A model generated the notes under the pieces. That model saw nothing but the letters and a program-made list of their open reading frames with translations, had not been told where the DNA came from and did no database searches. A stretch of 64,000 nt of DNA, taken from the NCBI GenBank assembly GCA_002269645.1, contig NIVC01003345.1, forward strand, positions 1 through 64,000, given 5' to 3'. The number at the start of each line of letters is the position of its first letter. Position 1 is the stretch's first letter. This document shows, one piece after another, positions 52,561 through 64,000 of the stretch. Both the position numbers and the translations under genes were made by a program. The DNA comes from Macrostomum lignano. Taxonomy: Eukaryota.

Positions 52561-52974
52561 AAGAGACAACCCTTGAGTGGGCCAGGTTGTTATTGTGAAG
52601 TTTCATGGACCTAAACAAAGAGCCACTGGAGCTGCGCGAACTCCAAGAAGGTTCAATTAAGTCTGCTTGCTGATTCGGAGTCTTCGTTGAAGTCAATCGA
52701 CGTTCAGTGGCACTACTGTTGCCCGTCAATAAGGACCAACCAAGGCAGTTCGAACAACTTTTTTCTTCAAAAATCTCGTAAAAATAAGAGCTACATGCAC
52801 GAACCACTGCTGGACAGCAAGTAGCTGACAGAATGTTAACTTGGAGTGAAGCATCTAGGGTAGATAGTATCTGCAGGTGTCCTACTTCATTTGTCCATGA
52901 AACAGAGGCACTGTAACGTTTGTCTCTTTATATTGTAAATTTAAGTACACAAGTACACAAGTACACACGTGTAG

Positions 52975-54129
52975 CTAACGCAGTCTCCGTCGCCATAGCA
53001 ACAGCACAACCCAGACGGCTGCGGCGGCTGCGGCAAAAGCGGCAAAAGCGTCCCACAAATCTGAGATCCGTCCGCCTCGCCTTCGACCAGCAACTGCAGA
53101 GCTTTGCTCTCGCCGTACCGCCGTATCCGTGGCCGACAACAGTCGTTGAAGATCGGCATGAAGGCGAACTAAAGCCTGCGTCGGACGTCGCCGCCACGCC
53201 GTCGTGGGCCAGGGAGGTCGCAGATTTGTACTTTCTGCATCAACAGAATCATCTTTATTTACGTTTGTATCTTCAACTTGTGAATTGAATTGTAGAACAT
53301 GGCGAATGCAATGACTTGTTTGTCCGTGATGGACTATTGAAGATTTATTGCTATTTGAGAAATGGTTTTTGCCATTCTCGATGCTTAAATCTTGGACCTC
53401 GTTGTTTACACTGCCTGGATTTTCTACCTCACCATCATTTTCATTCTCACCATCCGATTCATCGATCTCGCCATTCTCGCCATTCGAACCATCGACCTCG
53501 CCATTATCATCTTTGTCATTCTCGCCATCCGAACCATCGACCTCGCCATTATCATCTCTGCCATTCTCGCCATCCGAACCATCGACCTCGGCATTATCAT
53601 TTCTGCCATTCTCGCCATCCGAACCATCGACCTCGCCATTATCATCTCTGCCGATGCCCCCATCTGCCAGTTGCTCCTCATCCGAGCCGATGGGCTCGTC
53701 AATCGGATAAGTCGGCACCGGCTTCCTGCCCTCCCAGCTGCATCCATTCACTCCGTCGTCATCTTCGTCAATTCCATCGGCGACCAACTCCAGAAAACGC
53801 GTCAACTCCGGCGACGAAGTGTCCGCTGAGTCCAGGGCCAGCTGGTGCAGCTCAGCAACGTAGGCTCGCATGGCCGCTAATCGAGGCATTTCGCCCAGAG
53901 CGGACCAGGCGGACCATTTGGCCCGGCCGATCGGATCTCCAGGTGGGGGTGCAGCTACTCGACACGGGCCGGCTGTGGCCTGTCGGTACAGCGAGTAGAA
54001 AGTCAACAGTCCCCGACGGTCGGTCAGCGGCATCGGGTGCGGCTGCATCGGCCCGGGGCTGTCGCCGTTTTGGCTGCTCAAACAGCCGACTGCGCGCACT
54101 GCAGCTTCGAATTGGAGTCGGATTGACAT
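52975..54129 (-). CDS. Acyl-CoA-binding domain protein, ACBD4/ACBD5-like, tail-anchored (384 aa)
   Basis: QFEAAV...LLTFYSLYRQATAGPC...GRAKWSAWSALGEMPRLAAMRAYVAEL is the ACB domain. It is followed by an acidic repeat linker, a short coiled coil (LVRLHADLQRL) and a C-terminal hydrophobic helix with a WRRRLR tail. An internal intron is not excluded. Confidence 0.88.
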   Translation of the reverse strand: MSIRLQFEAAVRAVGCLSSQNGDSPGPMQPHPMPLTDRRGLLTFYSLYRQATAGPCRVAAPPPGDPIGRAKWSAWSALGEMPRLAAMRAYVAELHQLALDSADTSSPELTRFLELVADGIDEDDDGVNGCSWEGRKPVPTYPIDEPIGSDEEQLADGGIGRDDNGEVDGSDGENGRNDNAEVDGSDGENGRDDNGEVDGSDGENDKDDNGEVDGSNGENGEIDESDGENENDGEVENPGSVNNEVQDLSIENGKNHFSNSNKSSIVHHGQTSHCIRHVLQFNSQVEDTNVNKDDSVDAESTNLRPPWPTTAWRRRPTQALVRLHADLQRLLSATDTAVRREQSSAVAGRRRGGRISDLWDAFAAFAAAAAAVWVVLLLWRRRLR

Positions 54130-54224
54130 CAAATGCCAGCAGTGCTACTTGTAGTAGGAGAGAAACGGTCTGATTAGTAGAATATACTTCAAGCCAATTT
54201 TTATACAATTTGAACTGTTCAGTA

Positions 54225-55900
54225 TAGAGCACTGAGGGAGAGCGCAGAGGCAGATTCCCAACCACTGAGGGAGAATGGAGAGGCAGATTCTCAGGCACTG
54301 AGGGGGGGGCAGATTCTCAGGCACTGAGGGAGAGCGGAGAGGCAGATTCCCAACCACTGAGGGAGAGCGAAGGCAGATTCTCAGGCACTGAGGGAGAGCG
54401 GAGAGGCAGATTCTCAGGCACTGAGGGAGAGCGGAGGCAGATTCTCAGGCACTGAGGGAGAGCGGAGAGGCAGATTCTCAACCACTGAGGGAGAGCGAAG
54501 GCAGATTCTCAGGCACTGAGGGAGAGCGGAGAGGCAGATTCTCAGGCACTGAGGGAGAGCGGAGGCAGATTCTCAGGCACTGAGGGAGAGCGGAGAGGCA
54601 GATTCTCAGGCACTGAGGGAGAGCGGAGGCAGATTCTCAGGCACTGAGGGAGAGCGGAGAGGCAGATTCTCAACCACTGAGGGAGAGCGAAGGCAGATTC
54701 TCAGGCACTGAGGGAGAGCGGAGAGGCAGATTCTCAACCACTGAGGGAGAGCGAAGGCAGATTCTCAGGCACTGAGGGAGAGCGGAGGCAGATTCTCAGG
54801 CACTGAGGGAGAGCGGAGAGGCAGATTCTCAGGCACTGAGGGAGAGCGGAGAGGCAGATTCTCAACCACTGAGGGAGAGCGAAGGCAGATTCTCAGGCAC
54901 TGAGGGAGAGCGGAGAGGCAGATTCTCAGGCACTGAGGGAGAGCGGAGAGGCAGATTCTCAGGCTCTGAGGGAGAGCGGAGAGGCAGATTCTCAGGCACT
55001 GAGGGAGAGCGGAGAGGCAGATTCTCAGGCACTGAGGGAGAGCGGAGAGGCAGATTCCCAACCACTGAGGGAGAGCGAAGGCAGATTCTCAGGCACTGAG
55101 GGAGAGCGAAGGCAGATTCTCAGGCACTGAGGGAGAGCGGAGAGGCAGATTCTCAGGCTCTGAGGGAGAGCGGAGAGGCAGATTCTCAGGCTCTGAGGGA
55201 GAGCGGAGAGGCAGATTCTCAGGCACTGAGGGAGAGCGGAGAGGCAGATTCTCAGGCTCTGAGGGAGAGCGGAGAGGCAGATTCTCAGGCACTGAGGGAG
55301 AGCGGAGAGGCAGATTCTCAACCACTGAGGGAGAGCGAAGGCAGATTCTCAGGCACTGAGGGAGAGCGGAGGCAGATTCTCAGGCACTGAGGGAGAGCGG
55401 AGAGGCAGATTCTCAGGCACTGAGGGAGAGCGGAGAGGCAGATTCTCAACCACTGAGGGAGAGCGAAGGCAGATTCCCAGGCACTGAGGGAGAGCGGAGA
55501 GGCAGATTCTCAGGCACTGAGGGAGAGCGGAGAGGCAGATTCTCAGGCTCTGAGGGAGAGCGGAGAGGCAGATTCTCAGGCACTGAGGGAGAGCGGAGAG
55601 GCAGATTCTCAGGCACTGAGGGAGAGCGGAGAGGCAGATTCCCAACCACTGAGGGAGAGCGAAGGCAGATTCTCAGGCACTGAGGGAGAGCGAAGGCAGA
55701 TTCTCAGGCACTGAGGGAGAGCGGAGAGGCAGATTCTCAGGCACTGAGGGAGAGCGGAGAGGCAGATTCTCAGGCTCTGAGGGAGAGCGGAGAGGCAGAT
55801 TCTCAGGCACTGAGGGAGAGCGGAGAGGCAGATTCTCAGGCTCTGAGGGAGAGCGGAGAGGCAGATTCTCAGGCACTGAGGGAGAGCGGAGAGGCAGACT
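54225..55900. repeat. 33-bp array (CTGAGGGAGAGCGGAGAGGCAGATTCTCAGGCA) with a 584-bp higher-order duplication
   Basis: Identical variant runs start at 54765 and 55349. Confidence 0.95.
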
Positions 55901-56269
55901 AACTAAAACTTGTTAGGTAATGACAAATGAAGGACACAAACAAATACTAAGTATTTAACGGAAGAACAGAGAATCGAAAAAATGGTAAAAAAGCATTTTT
56001 ATTTTGCACAGAGCGGGAAGTGGTGAAGGCGGTTAAAAATGCTAAGCACGCTAAAGTTGGTAGTAATAAAAGCGAGTTAACAATCCTTTAGCACTTTATG
56101 AGCAGTTACGTTTCCAAAAAAGGTAAAAAATATTGACTTTAAAAACCTTCGTGAATAAGATTGCACGTACAAAAGCTTTGATAATTAGTCATGGACAACT
56201 GGAATAGAAGGACACTACACTCGAATTTCATCCAAATCAGCTGAAGGTTGGTGAGGAACGGAGGGAGCC

Positions 56270-56895
<626 letters not shown>

Positions 56896-57046
56896 TAGAT
56901 ATGAAAACAAAGGAAAAATCCACGCACACAGTTCGACTAGGTTTCTTGGAACTGATATTTCGGCCTAGGCTAGGCGGCCTTCGTCAGGGTTTTAACTATT
57001 TATTAACAACGAAAGATGCAAAAAAAGCTATTTAAAAAAATTCAAA

Positions 57047-57053
57047 GACAGCC

Positions 57054-57106
<53 letters not shown>

Positions 57107-57109
57107 GTC

Positions 57110-57158
<49 letters not shown>

Positions 57159-57161
57159 GTC

Positions 57162-57206
<45 letters not shown>

Positions 57207-57307
57207 CAAACATACATACAGACAGACAGACAGACACAAACATACATACAGACAGACAGACAGACACAAACATACATACAGACAGACAGACAGACACAAA
57301 CATACAT

Positions 57308-57342
<35 letters not shown>

Positions 57343-57353
57343 AACAGACAGAC

Positions 57354-57398
<45 letters not shown>

Positions 57399-57477
57399 CA
57401 CAGACACAAACATACATACAGACAGACAGACAGACACAAACATACATACAGACAGACAGACAGACACAAACATACAT

Positions 57478-57514
<37 letters not shown>

Positions 57515-57515
57515 T

Positions 57516-57574
<59 letters not shown>

Positions 57575-57609
57575 TAGACAGACAGACAGACAGACAGACA
57601 CAGACAGGC

Positions 57610-57658
<49 letters not shown>

Positions 57659-57677
57659 GTCAGACAGACAGACAGTC

Positions 57678-57770
<93 letters not shown>

Positions 57771-57772
57771 CA
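57047..57772. repeat. (GACA)n microsatellite with CACAAACATACATA inserts
   Basis: Direct reading; likely in the 3'UTR of the zinc-finger gene. Confidence 0.95.
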
Positions 57773-57830
57773 GAATGAGCAGAACAAGCAGTGAAGCAGT
57801 CAGCTGCACGCCAGCTAGCGGCCGCACTCG

Positions 57831-58965
57831 CTACTGAGGCTGACCATAATTGCTGCTGTTGGAACTCTGCAGCGCAGGATGAAACAATGAAATCGACTGC
57901 CGCTGCTGACCACAACTAACAACATCACTATTAGCAGTAGTAGCCGCAGAACTTCGTTGGCATAATACGATTGAGCTGACATTCGATCCTGAGTGTGACC
58001 TGGAATTCGGGAGACAAGCGGGCGGTGGCGGCGGCAGCCGAGGCAGCGCCAGAGAGGCGGAAGGCAACAGCAGCTGGCCATCCTGGCTGGGCGCTGCATT
58101 AACAATAAGAAATCCAGACGCTATGGACAGAGCCGGTAGACAGGAACTGCCGGCACTTTGCTCACGACTCCGATGATTCGGTAATTGAAGGAACTCGCAA
58201 ACGGCGGGACTGCTGCTACAGTGGATAAAGGCGGCTAGCAGCGAGGGAACTGACCGATGCTGCCGAATACGAAAGCGGCACTGCAGCAGCGATGGCTCGC
58301 AGCAGAGCAGAGAGTGCCTGGCGCACTCAGTCGGAGTAGGGAACGACTTGCGGCAGAGCAGGCAGGCCACCGGATCGGCAGCTTCACCGGGTCTGTTGCT
58401 ATGCAACCTGGCTGGCAAGCGCATTGGCAACACAATAACTGCGGCACTGTCCGGTACAATGTCCGTAGCTGCTGGACACCGGCAGGGCTGACGCTGCCCA
58501 GCTGGCATCAGGGCGTCGCTGGCCGGAACCAAGCTAGCGCAGACGCCGCAGGCCAGGAACAGAGCACAGGATAGCAGATTGCCCTCGCCAATATTGAACC
58601 CGCCTGAGCAGCACAGATCGCCGCGGCCTCCGGCCAACTGATTAAACGGTCGTTCGTAGATTTTCCTGACTGACAGCAACGGCGAACTGATGGACAGCTC
58701 GGAGTCTAATGGCGGCGAGATCAATGGGAATCGGTCCGCTAAGCAGAGCCTGTGCAGCCAGCAGAGGGACTCGGTGTTCACAACTTGCAGTACGGGTTTT
58801 GAGAAGTTGGTCTGACTGCGATCATGGCTAATGAAATAGCACAGGTCAAAGCTGGAGGAGGGAACCAGCGGGTGGCACTGGTCGCGACCTGCGCAGTGCA
58901 GCAGTAGGAAGTCGATTACGCGCGAGGCCGGCGCCGCAGGCGGCAGCGAGACCGACAGCTTGCAC
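57831..58965 (-). CDS. Zinc-finger gene, last exon with C2HC/C2H2-like fingers
   Basis: Acceptor GTCCAG|G at 58965 recreates C-V-R-C across the junction. VACLLCRKSFPTPTECARHSLLC is C-x2-C-x12-H-x3-C. AATAAA lies on the minus strand at 57004-56999. Confidence 0.65.
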
Positions 58966-59039
58966 CTGGACAGGACGGCCGTTGGGGCTGGCGTTAATAA
59001 ACAGACAACAGCAAAAATCCCCAATCAGACCAAAGAAAA

Positions 59040-59570
59040 ATCATCGCCCCGCCACATCAGACCCGAGAAAAATCATCGCCCCCCCCACATCAGACCCGAG
59101 AAAAATTATCGCCCCCCCCCCACATCAGACCCGAGAAAAATTATCGCCCCCCCCACATCAGACCCGAGAAAAATTATCGCCCCCCCCCACATCAGATCCT
59201 AGAAAAATCGCCCCCGTACATCAGACCCTAGAAAAATCGCCCCCGTACATCAGATCCTAGAAAAATCGCCCCCGTACATCAGACCCTGGAAAAATCGCCC
59301 CGGTACAACAGACCCGAGAAAAATCGCCCCCCCACATCAGACCCGAGAAAAATCGCCACCTCCAAATCAGACCCGAGAAAAATCGCCCCCCCCCCCACAT
59401 CAGACCCGAGAAAAATCGCCCCCTCCAAATCAGACCCGAGAAAAATCGCCCCTCCCCACATCAGACCCGAGAAAAATCGCCCCCCCCCCACATCAGACCC
59501 GAGAAAAATCGCCCCCCCCCACATCAGACCCGAGAAAAATCGCCCCCCCATATCAGACCGAAGAAAAATC
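59040..59570. repeat. ~27-30-bp array (CAGACCCGAGAAAAATCGCCCCC..ACAT)
   Basis: In a zinc-finger gene intron. Confidence 0.88.
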
Positions 59571-59606
59571 GCCCAGACTCGCCCACCACTCTAATTTCCA
59601 TACTAC

Positions 59607-59902
59607 CTGACGCATTGCAGGCCGATCCAGACCATATTGGTGACATTGGGCACGGGCAGACAGTAGTGTCCAGGCCGATCCAAGCCGCAATGCCTGGCTG
59701 CTGATTCAGCCCCGTTTGCATGCACGCCGTCTCTGAAGCTGCAGTGCAGGCAGGCGAAGCTCACCCCATTGTTGCCCGAGTAATTGGCCGGTATCTGGCA
59801 GTGAAGCAGTCGCTGGGTAAATGCACAAATTCGGTTTTTGTCGGCGTTAGCAGCTTCCAACATGGCCACGCCTTCGTCGTCCATCTGGGTGTTGGCCTGC
59901 AA
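59607..59902 (-). CDS. Zinc-finger gene, exon with first atypical finger (FACLHC...H)
   Basis: Tandem in-frame acceptors at 59902 and 59896. Donor AG|GTAGTA at 59607/59606, phase 2. Confidence 0.65.
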
Positions 59903-59964
59903 CTGCAGCAGCAGGGAGTGGGGATTTAAATATACATGTAGTTGTTATGCATGTGGCTGAGGGA

Positions 59965-60760
59965 TATTGGGGATTAGTAGCTATGGGATATTAGGGATTA
60001 GTAGCTATGGGATATGGGGGATTAGTAGCTATGGGATATTAGGGATTAGTAGCTATGGGATTTTTGGGATAAATACCTATGGTATATTGGGGATTAATAG
60101 CTATGGGGTATTTGGATTAGTAGCTATGGGGTATTTGGATTAGTAGCTATGGGATATTGATGATTAGTAGCTATGGGATATGGGGGGAGTAGTACTATGG
60201 GATATTGGGGATTAGTAGCTATGGGATATGGGGGGATTAGTAGCTATGGGATATTAGGGATTAGTAGCTATGGGATTTTTGGGATAAATACCTATGGTAT
60301 ATTGGGGATTAGTAGCTATGGGGTATTTGGATTAGTAGCTATGGGGTATTTGGATTAGTAGCTATGGGATATTAGGGATAAATACCTATGGTATATTGGG
60401 GATTAGTAGCTATGGGATATTGATGATTAGTAGCCATGGGATATTGGGGATTATTAGCTATGGGATATTTGGGATTAGTAGCTATGGGATATTTGGGATT
60501 AGTAGCTATGGGATATTTGGGATTAATACTTATGGTATATTAGGGATTAGTAGCTATGGGGTATTTGGATTAGTAGCTATGGGGTATTTGGATTAGTAGC
60601 TATGGGATATTAGGGATAAATACCTATGGTATATTGGGGATTAGTAGCTATGGGATATTGATGATTAGTAGCCATGGGATATTGGGGATTATTAGCTATG
60701 TGATATTTGGGATTAGTAGCTATGGGATATTGAGGATTTGCAGAGTCCCATAAGATATTG
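59965..60760. repeat. ~23-bp array (GGGATTAGTAGCTATGGGATATT)
   Basis: In a zinc-finger gene intron. Confidence 0.9.
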
Positions 60761-60819
60761 GGGATTCGCAGCTAGAAAAATGGGGATTTAAATAACTGTG
60801 AATCAAAACGGCAACTTAC

Positions 60820-61209
60820 ACCAATGCAGCCTAGATCGTCAGCGGACGAATCGCAATCCATGGGCATGGTTGTCTCGGATTTCATTGACGTGTTAAGAAC
60901 TAAATCTTCGCGAGATTCGGTTTCGGCAACTTCCGCCTCCGCATCCGGTTGGATATTGTCAGTCTCATCCGCATTGTTATTAAGCTCGGTCTCTAAGACG
61001 GAAAAACCATCCACGTCGATACAGATGGTGTCGCAAGTGGCCTCTAATCTAGCCTTATCGTCGACTTCATACTCGTTCACAGCTTCGCAATTATTATTCC
61101 TGTCATTATTGTCATCATTATCAATATCCTGTTGCGGTATCGATCTAGGAAAGGGCAAGTAACGGACCGTCACAGTGCTCGCCGCACCCTCTCTTCTAGG
61201 TCCATAGGC
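60820..61209 (-). CDS. Zinc-finger gene, acidic exon
   Basis: Acceptor TTTCCTCAG|GCC at 61209 and donor GGT|GTAAGT at 60820/60819, both phase 0. Confidence 0.65.
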
Positions 61210-61261
61210 CTGAGGAAAGGTGGGCATGGGCAAGATATTTAGAGATCTGAGAGATAATAAA

Positions 61262-61930
61262 ATGGATTGCTAATCTTAGCTTATGATGGATTGCTAATCT
61301 AGCTTATGATGGATTGCTAATCTTAGCTTATGATGGTTTGCTAATCTAGCTTATGATGGATTGCTAATCTAGCTTATTATGGATTGCTAATCTAGCTTAT
61401 TATGGATTGCTAATCTAGCTTATTATGGATTGCTAATCTAGCTTATGATGGATTGCTAATCTAGCTTATTATGGATTGCTAATCTAGCTTATTATGGATT
61501 GCTAATCTAGCTTATTATGGATTGCTAATCTAGCTTATGATGGATTGCTAATCTAGCTTATGATGGATTGCTAATCTAGCTTATGATGGATTGCTAATCT
61601 TAGCTTATGATGGATTGCTAATCTAGCTTATGATGGATTGCTAATCTAGCTTATGATGGTTTGCTAATCTAGCTTATGATGGATTGCTAATCTTAGCTTA
61701 TTATGGATTGCTAATCTAGCTTATGATGGATTGCTAATCTAGCTTATGATGGATTGCTAATCTAGCTTATGATGGATTGCTAATCTAGCTTATGATGGAT
61801 TGCTAATCTAGCTTATGATGGATTGCTAATCTTAGCTTATGATGGTTTGCTAATCTAGCTTATTATGGATTGCTAATCTAGCTTATGATGGATTGCTAAT
61901 CTAGCTTATGATGGATTGCTAATCTAGCTT
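61262..61930. repeat. 23-bp array (ATGGATTGCTAATCTAGCTTATG)
   Basis: In a zinc-finger gene intron. Confidence 0.93.
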
Positions 61931-62052
61931 AATCTAGTCATTTTCGACAGTCATCTGTGAAAATATTTCATTATTGCAACATCGATTCCAAATACTCTAA
62001 GTACATACAAGTACATACAATTACATACAAGTACAGTTCAGGCTCTTATTAC

Positions 62053-64000
62053 CTCAGTTAGACAATCTTCAAACTTAATTCTGCTAAGCGCCGCGAACTG
62101 TTCCTGAGCCTCCATGAACGTGAAGGCAAGCTTGTCCATGGTGGCCTTCAATCCTAAACAGGGAAACTCCGCCGCGACCATATTCTGAACAAAGGTACGG
62201 CCCAACTCTCTGTAACAAGTTTCCTCATCGTCACTGTTTGTTGGTGTACTAGCGCCACTATCTTCAGAGTGCTCTGATGCTGATTTGGTCAATTTGGAGA
62301 TAATGTCGGAGAGTTTCAGCAGAGCACTAGGCTCCTCGGTTGCTGGCGAGGCAAGACAGGTCACAATGGAAGAAGAATCATCAACGTCGTGATTGATCTC
62401 AATAGAGTTTATCTCAGCCACAGGCAAACTGGATTCACTTGAACCTAAGATTTTTTGTTTCAATCTTGCAAACAGAGGCAGACTAGAATAGGCGACGGAT
62501 TTGTCATTGGACAAATTCGGTAAGCAAGGCTTGGTTGACATTGCCTGGCCCTGGCTGATATGCTCCTCATGTTCTTCGTGCGCATTCTGCTCCTCATGTT
62601 CTTCGTGCGCATTCTGCTCCTGGTGTTCTTCGTGCGCATTCTGCTCCTGGTGTTCTTCGTCTGAGTTCTGCTCCTGGTGTTCTTCGTGCGCATTCTGCTC
62701 CTGGTGTTCTTCGTCTGAGTTCTGCTCCTGGTATTCTTCGTCTGCATTCTGCTCCTGGTGTTCTTCGTGCGCATTCTGCTCCTGGTGTTCTTCGTGCGCA
62801 TTCTGCTCCTGGTGTTCTTCGTGCGCATTCTGCTCCTGGTGTTCTTCGTGCGCATACTGCTCCTCATGTTCTTCGTCCGCATTCTGCTCCTGGTGTTCTT
62901 CTTCCGCATTCTGCTCCTGGTGTTCTTCGTCTGCATTCTGCTCCTGATGTTCTTCGTCTGCATTCTGCTCCTGGTGTTCTTCGTCTGCATTCTGCTCCTG
63001 ATGTTCTTCGTCCGCATTCTGCTCCTGGTGTTCTTCGTCCGCGTTCTGCTCCTGGTGTTCTTCGTCTGCATACTGCTCCTCATGTTCTTCGTCCGCATTC
63101 TGCTCCTGGTGGTCTTCTTCCGCATTCTGCTCCTGGTGTTCTTCGTCCGCATTCTGATCCTGGTGTTCTTCTTCCGCATTCTGCTCCTGGTGGTCTTCGT
63201 CTGCATTCTGCTCCTGTTGTTCTTCGTCTGCATTCTGCTCCTGATGTTCTTCGTCCGCATTCTGCTCCTGGTGTTCTTCGTCCGCATTCTTCTCCTGGTG
63301 TTCTTCGTCTGCATTCTGCTCCTGGTGTTCTTCGTGCGCATTCTGCTCCTGATGTTTTTCGTCTGCATTCTGCTCCTGATGTTCTTCGTCTGCATTCTGC
63401 TCCTGATGTTCTTCGTCTGCATTCTGCTCCTGATGCTCTTCGTGCACATTCTGCACCTTGTGTTCTTCGTGCGCAATCTGCTCCTGACGTTCTTCGTCCG
63501 CATTCTGCTCCTGGTGTTCTTCGTCTGCATTCTGCTCCTGGTGTTCTTCGTCTGCATTCTGCTCCTCATGTTCTTCGTCCGCATTCTGCTCCTGGTGTTC
63601 TTCTTCCGCATTCTGCTCCCGGTGTTCTTCGTCTGCATTCTGCTCCTGGTGTTCTTCGTCTGCATTCTGCTCCTGGTGTTCTTCGTCTGCATTCTGCTCC
63701 TGATGTTCTTCGTCCGCATTCTGCTCCTGGTGTTCTTCGTCCGCGTTCTGCTCCTGGTGTTCTTCGTCTGCATACTGCTCCTCATGTTCTTCGTCCGCAT
63801 TCTGCTCCTGGTGGTCTTCTTCCGCATTCTGCTCCTGGTGTTCTTCGTCCGCATTCTGCTCCTGGTGTTCTTCTTCCGCATTCTGCTCCTGGTGTTCTTC
63901 GTCTGCATTCTGCTCCTGTTGTTCTTCGTCTGCATTCTGCTCCTGATGTTCTTCGTCCGCATTCTGCTCCTGGTGTTCTTCGTCCGCATTCTGCTCCTGG
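62053..64000 (-). CDS. Zinc-finger gene, upstream exon (5' end beyond the window): (D/H/E)EEHQEQNA repeats followed by unique sequence
   Basis: The frame is open from the window edge to donor GAG|GTAATA at 62053/62052, phase 0. Common repeat variants GCA/GCG and CAC/CAT are synonymous in this frame. Confidence 0.6.
62570..64000 (-). repeat. 27-bp repeat, ~53 units, probably coding (D/H/E)EEHQEQNA
   Basis: Tandem units with a 702-bp (26-unit) higher-order duplication (63039 vs 63741). Confidence 0.9.

Noticed and set aside
62460-63989. 509-aa MRTKNTRSR frame
   Set aside because: Common unit variants are non-synonymous in this frame, and it does not connect to the downstream exons.

Overview
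This is eukaryotic (metazoan) genomic DNA, not prokaryotic. Small GC-rich GT-AG exons are separated by introns packed with tandem repeats. About 44 distinct micro/minisatellite arrays cover roughly half of the window by my hand tally. The style suggests a free-living flatworm such as Macrostomum (inference only). I reconstructed six spliced genes by hand, checking splice-site phase. (1) A 7-EC delta1-like protocadherin on the minus strand, with single-base frameshifts in its 3' exons and no TM exon found. (2) A Tamalin/GRASP/CYTIP-like PDZ scaffold on the plus strand. (3) An eh1-containing NK-like homeobox gene resembling ceh-19/Abox on the plus strand. (4) A cation-type nicotinic Cys-loop receptor subunit on the minus strand that lacks the loop C vicinal cysteines. 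(5) An ACBD4/5-like tail-anchored acyl-CoA-binding protein on the minus strand. (6) A divergent zinc-finger gene with a long acidic His/Glu nonapeptide repeat on the minus strand, running off the right end. The best finding is that the receptor gene appears to have two phase-incompatible alternative N-termini (duplicated alpha1-helix/beta1 modules, each with its own signal peptide) spliced onto a common body. Other elements are a 232-bp solo LTR with a perfect 5-bp TSD, a hAT-like MITE carrying a minisatellite, and a Charlie-like terminus. Most long ORFs in the track are repeat artefacts. I recognised no rRNA, tRNA or CRISPR array. All family assignments are from motif recognition, not database searches.
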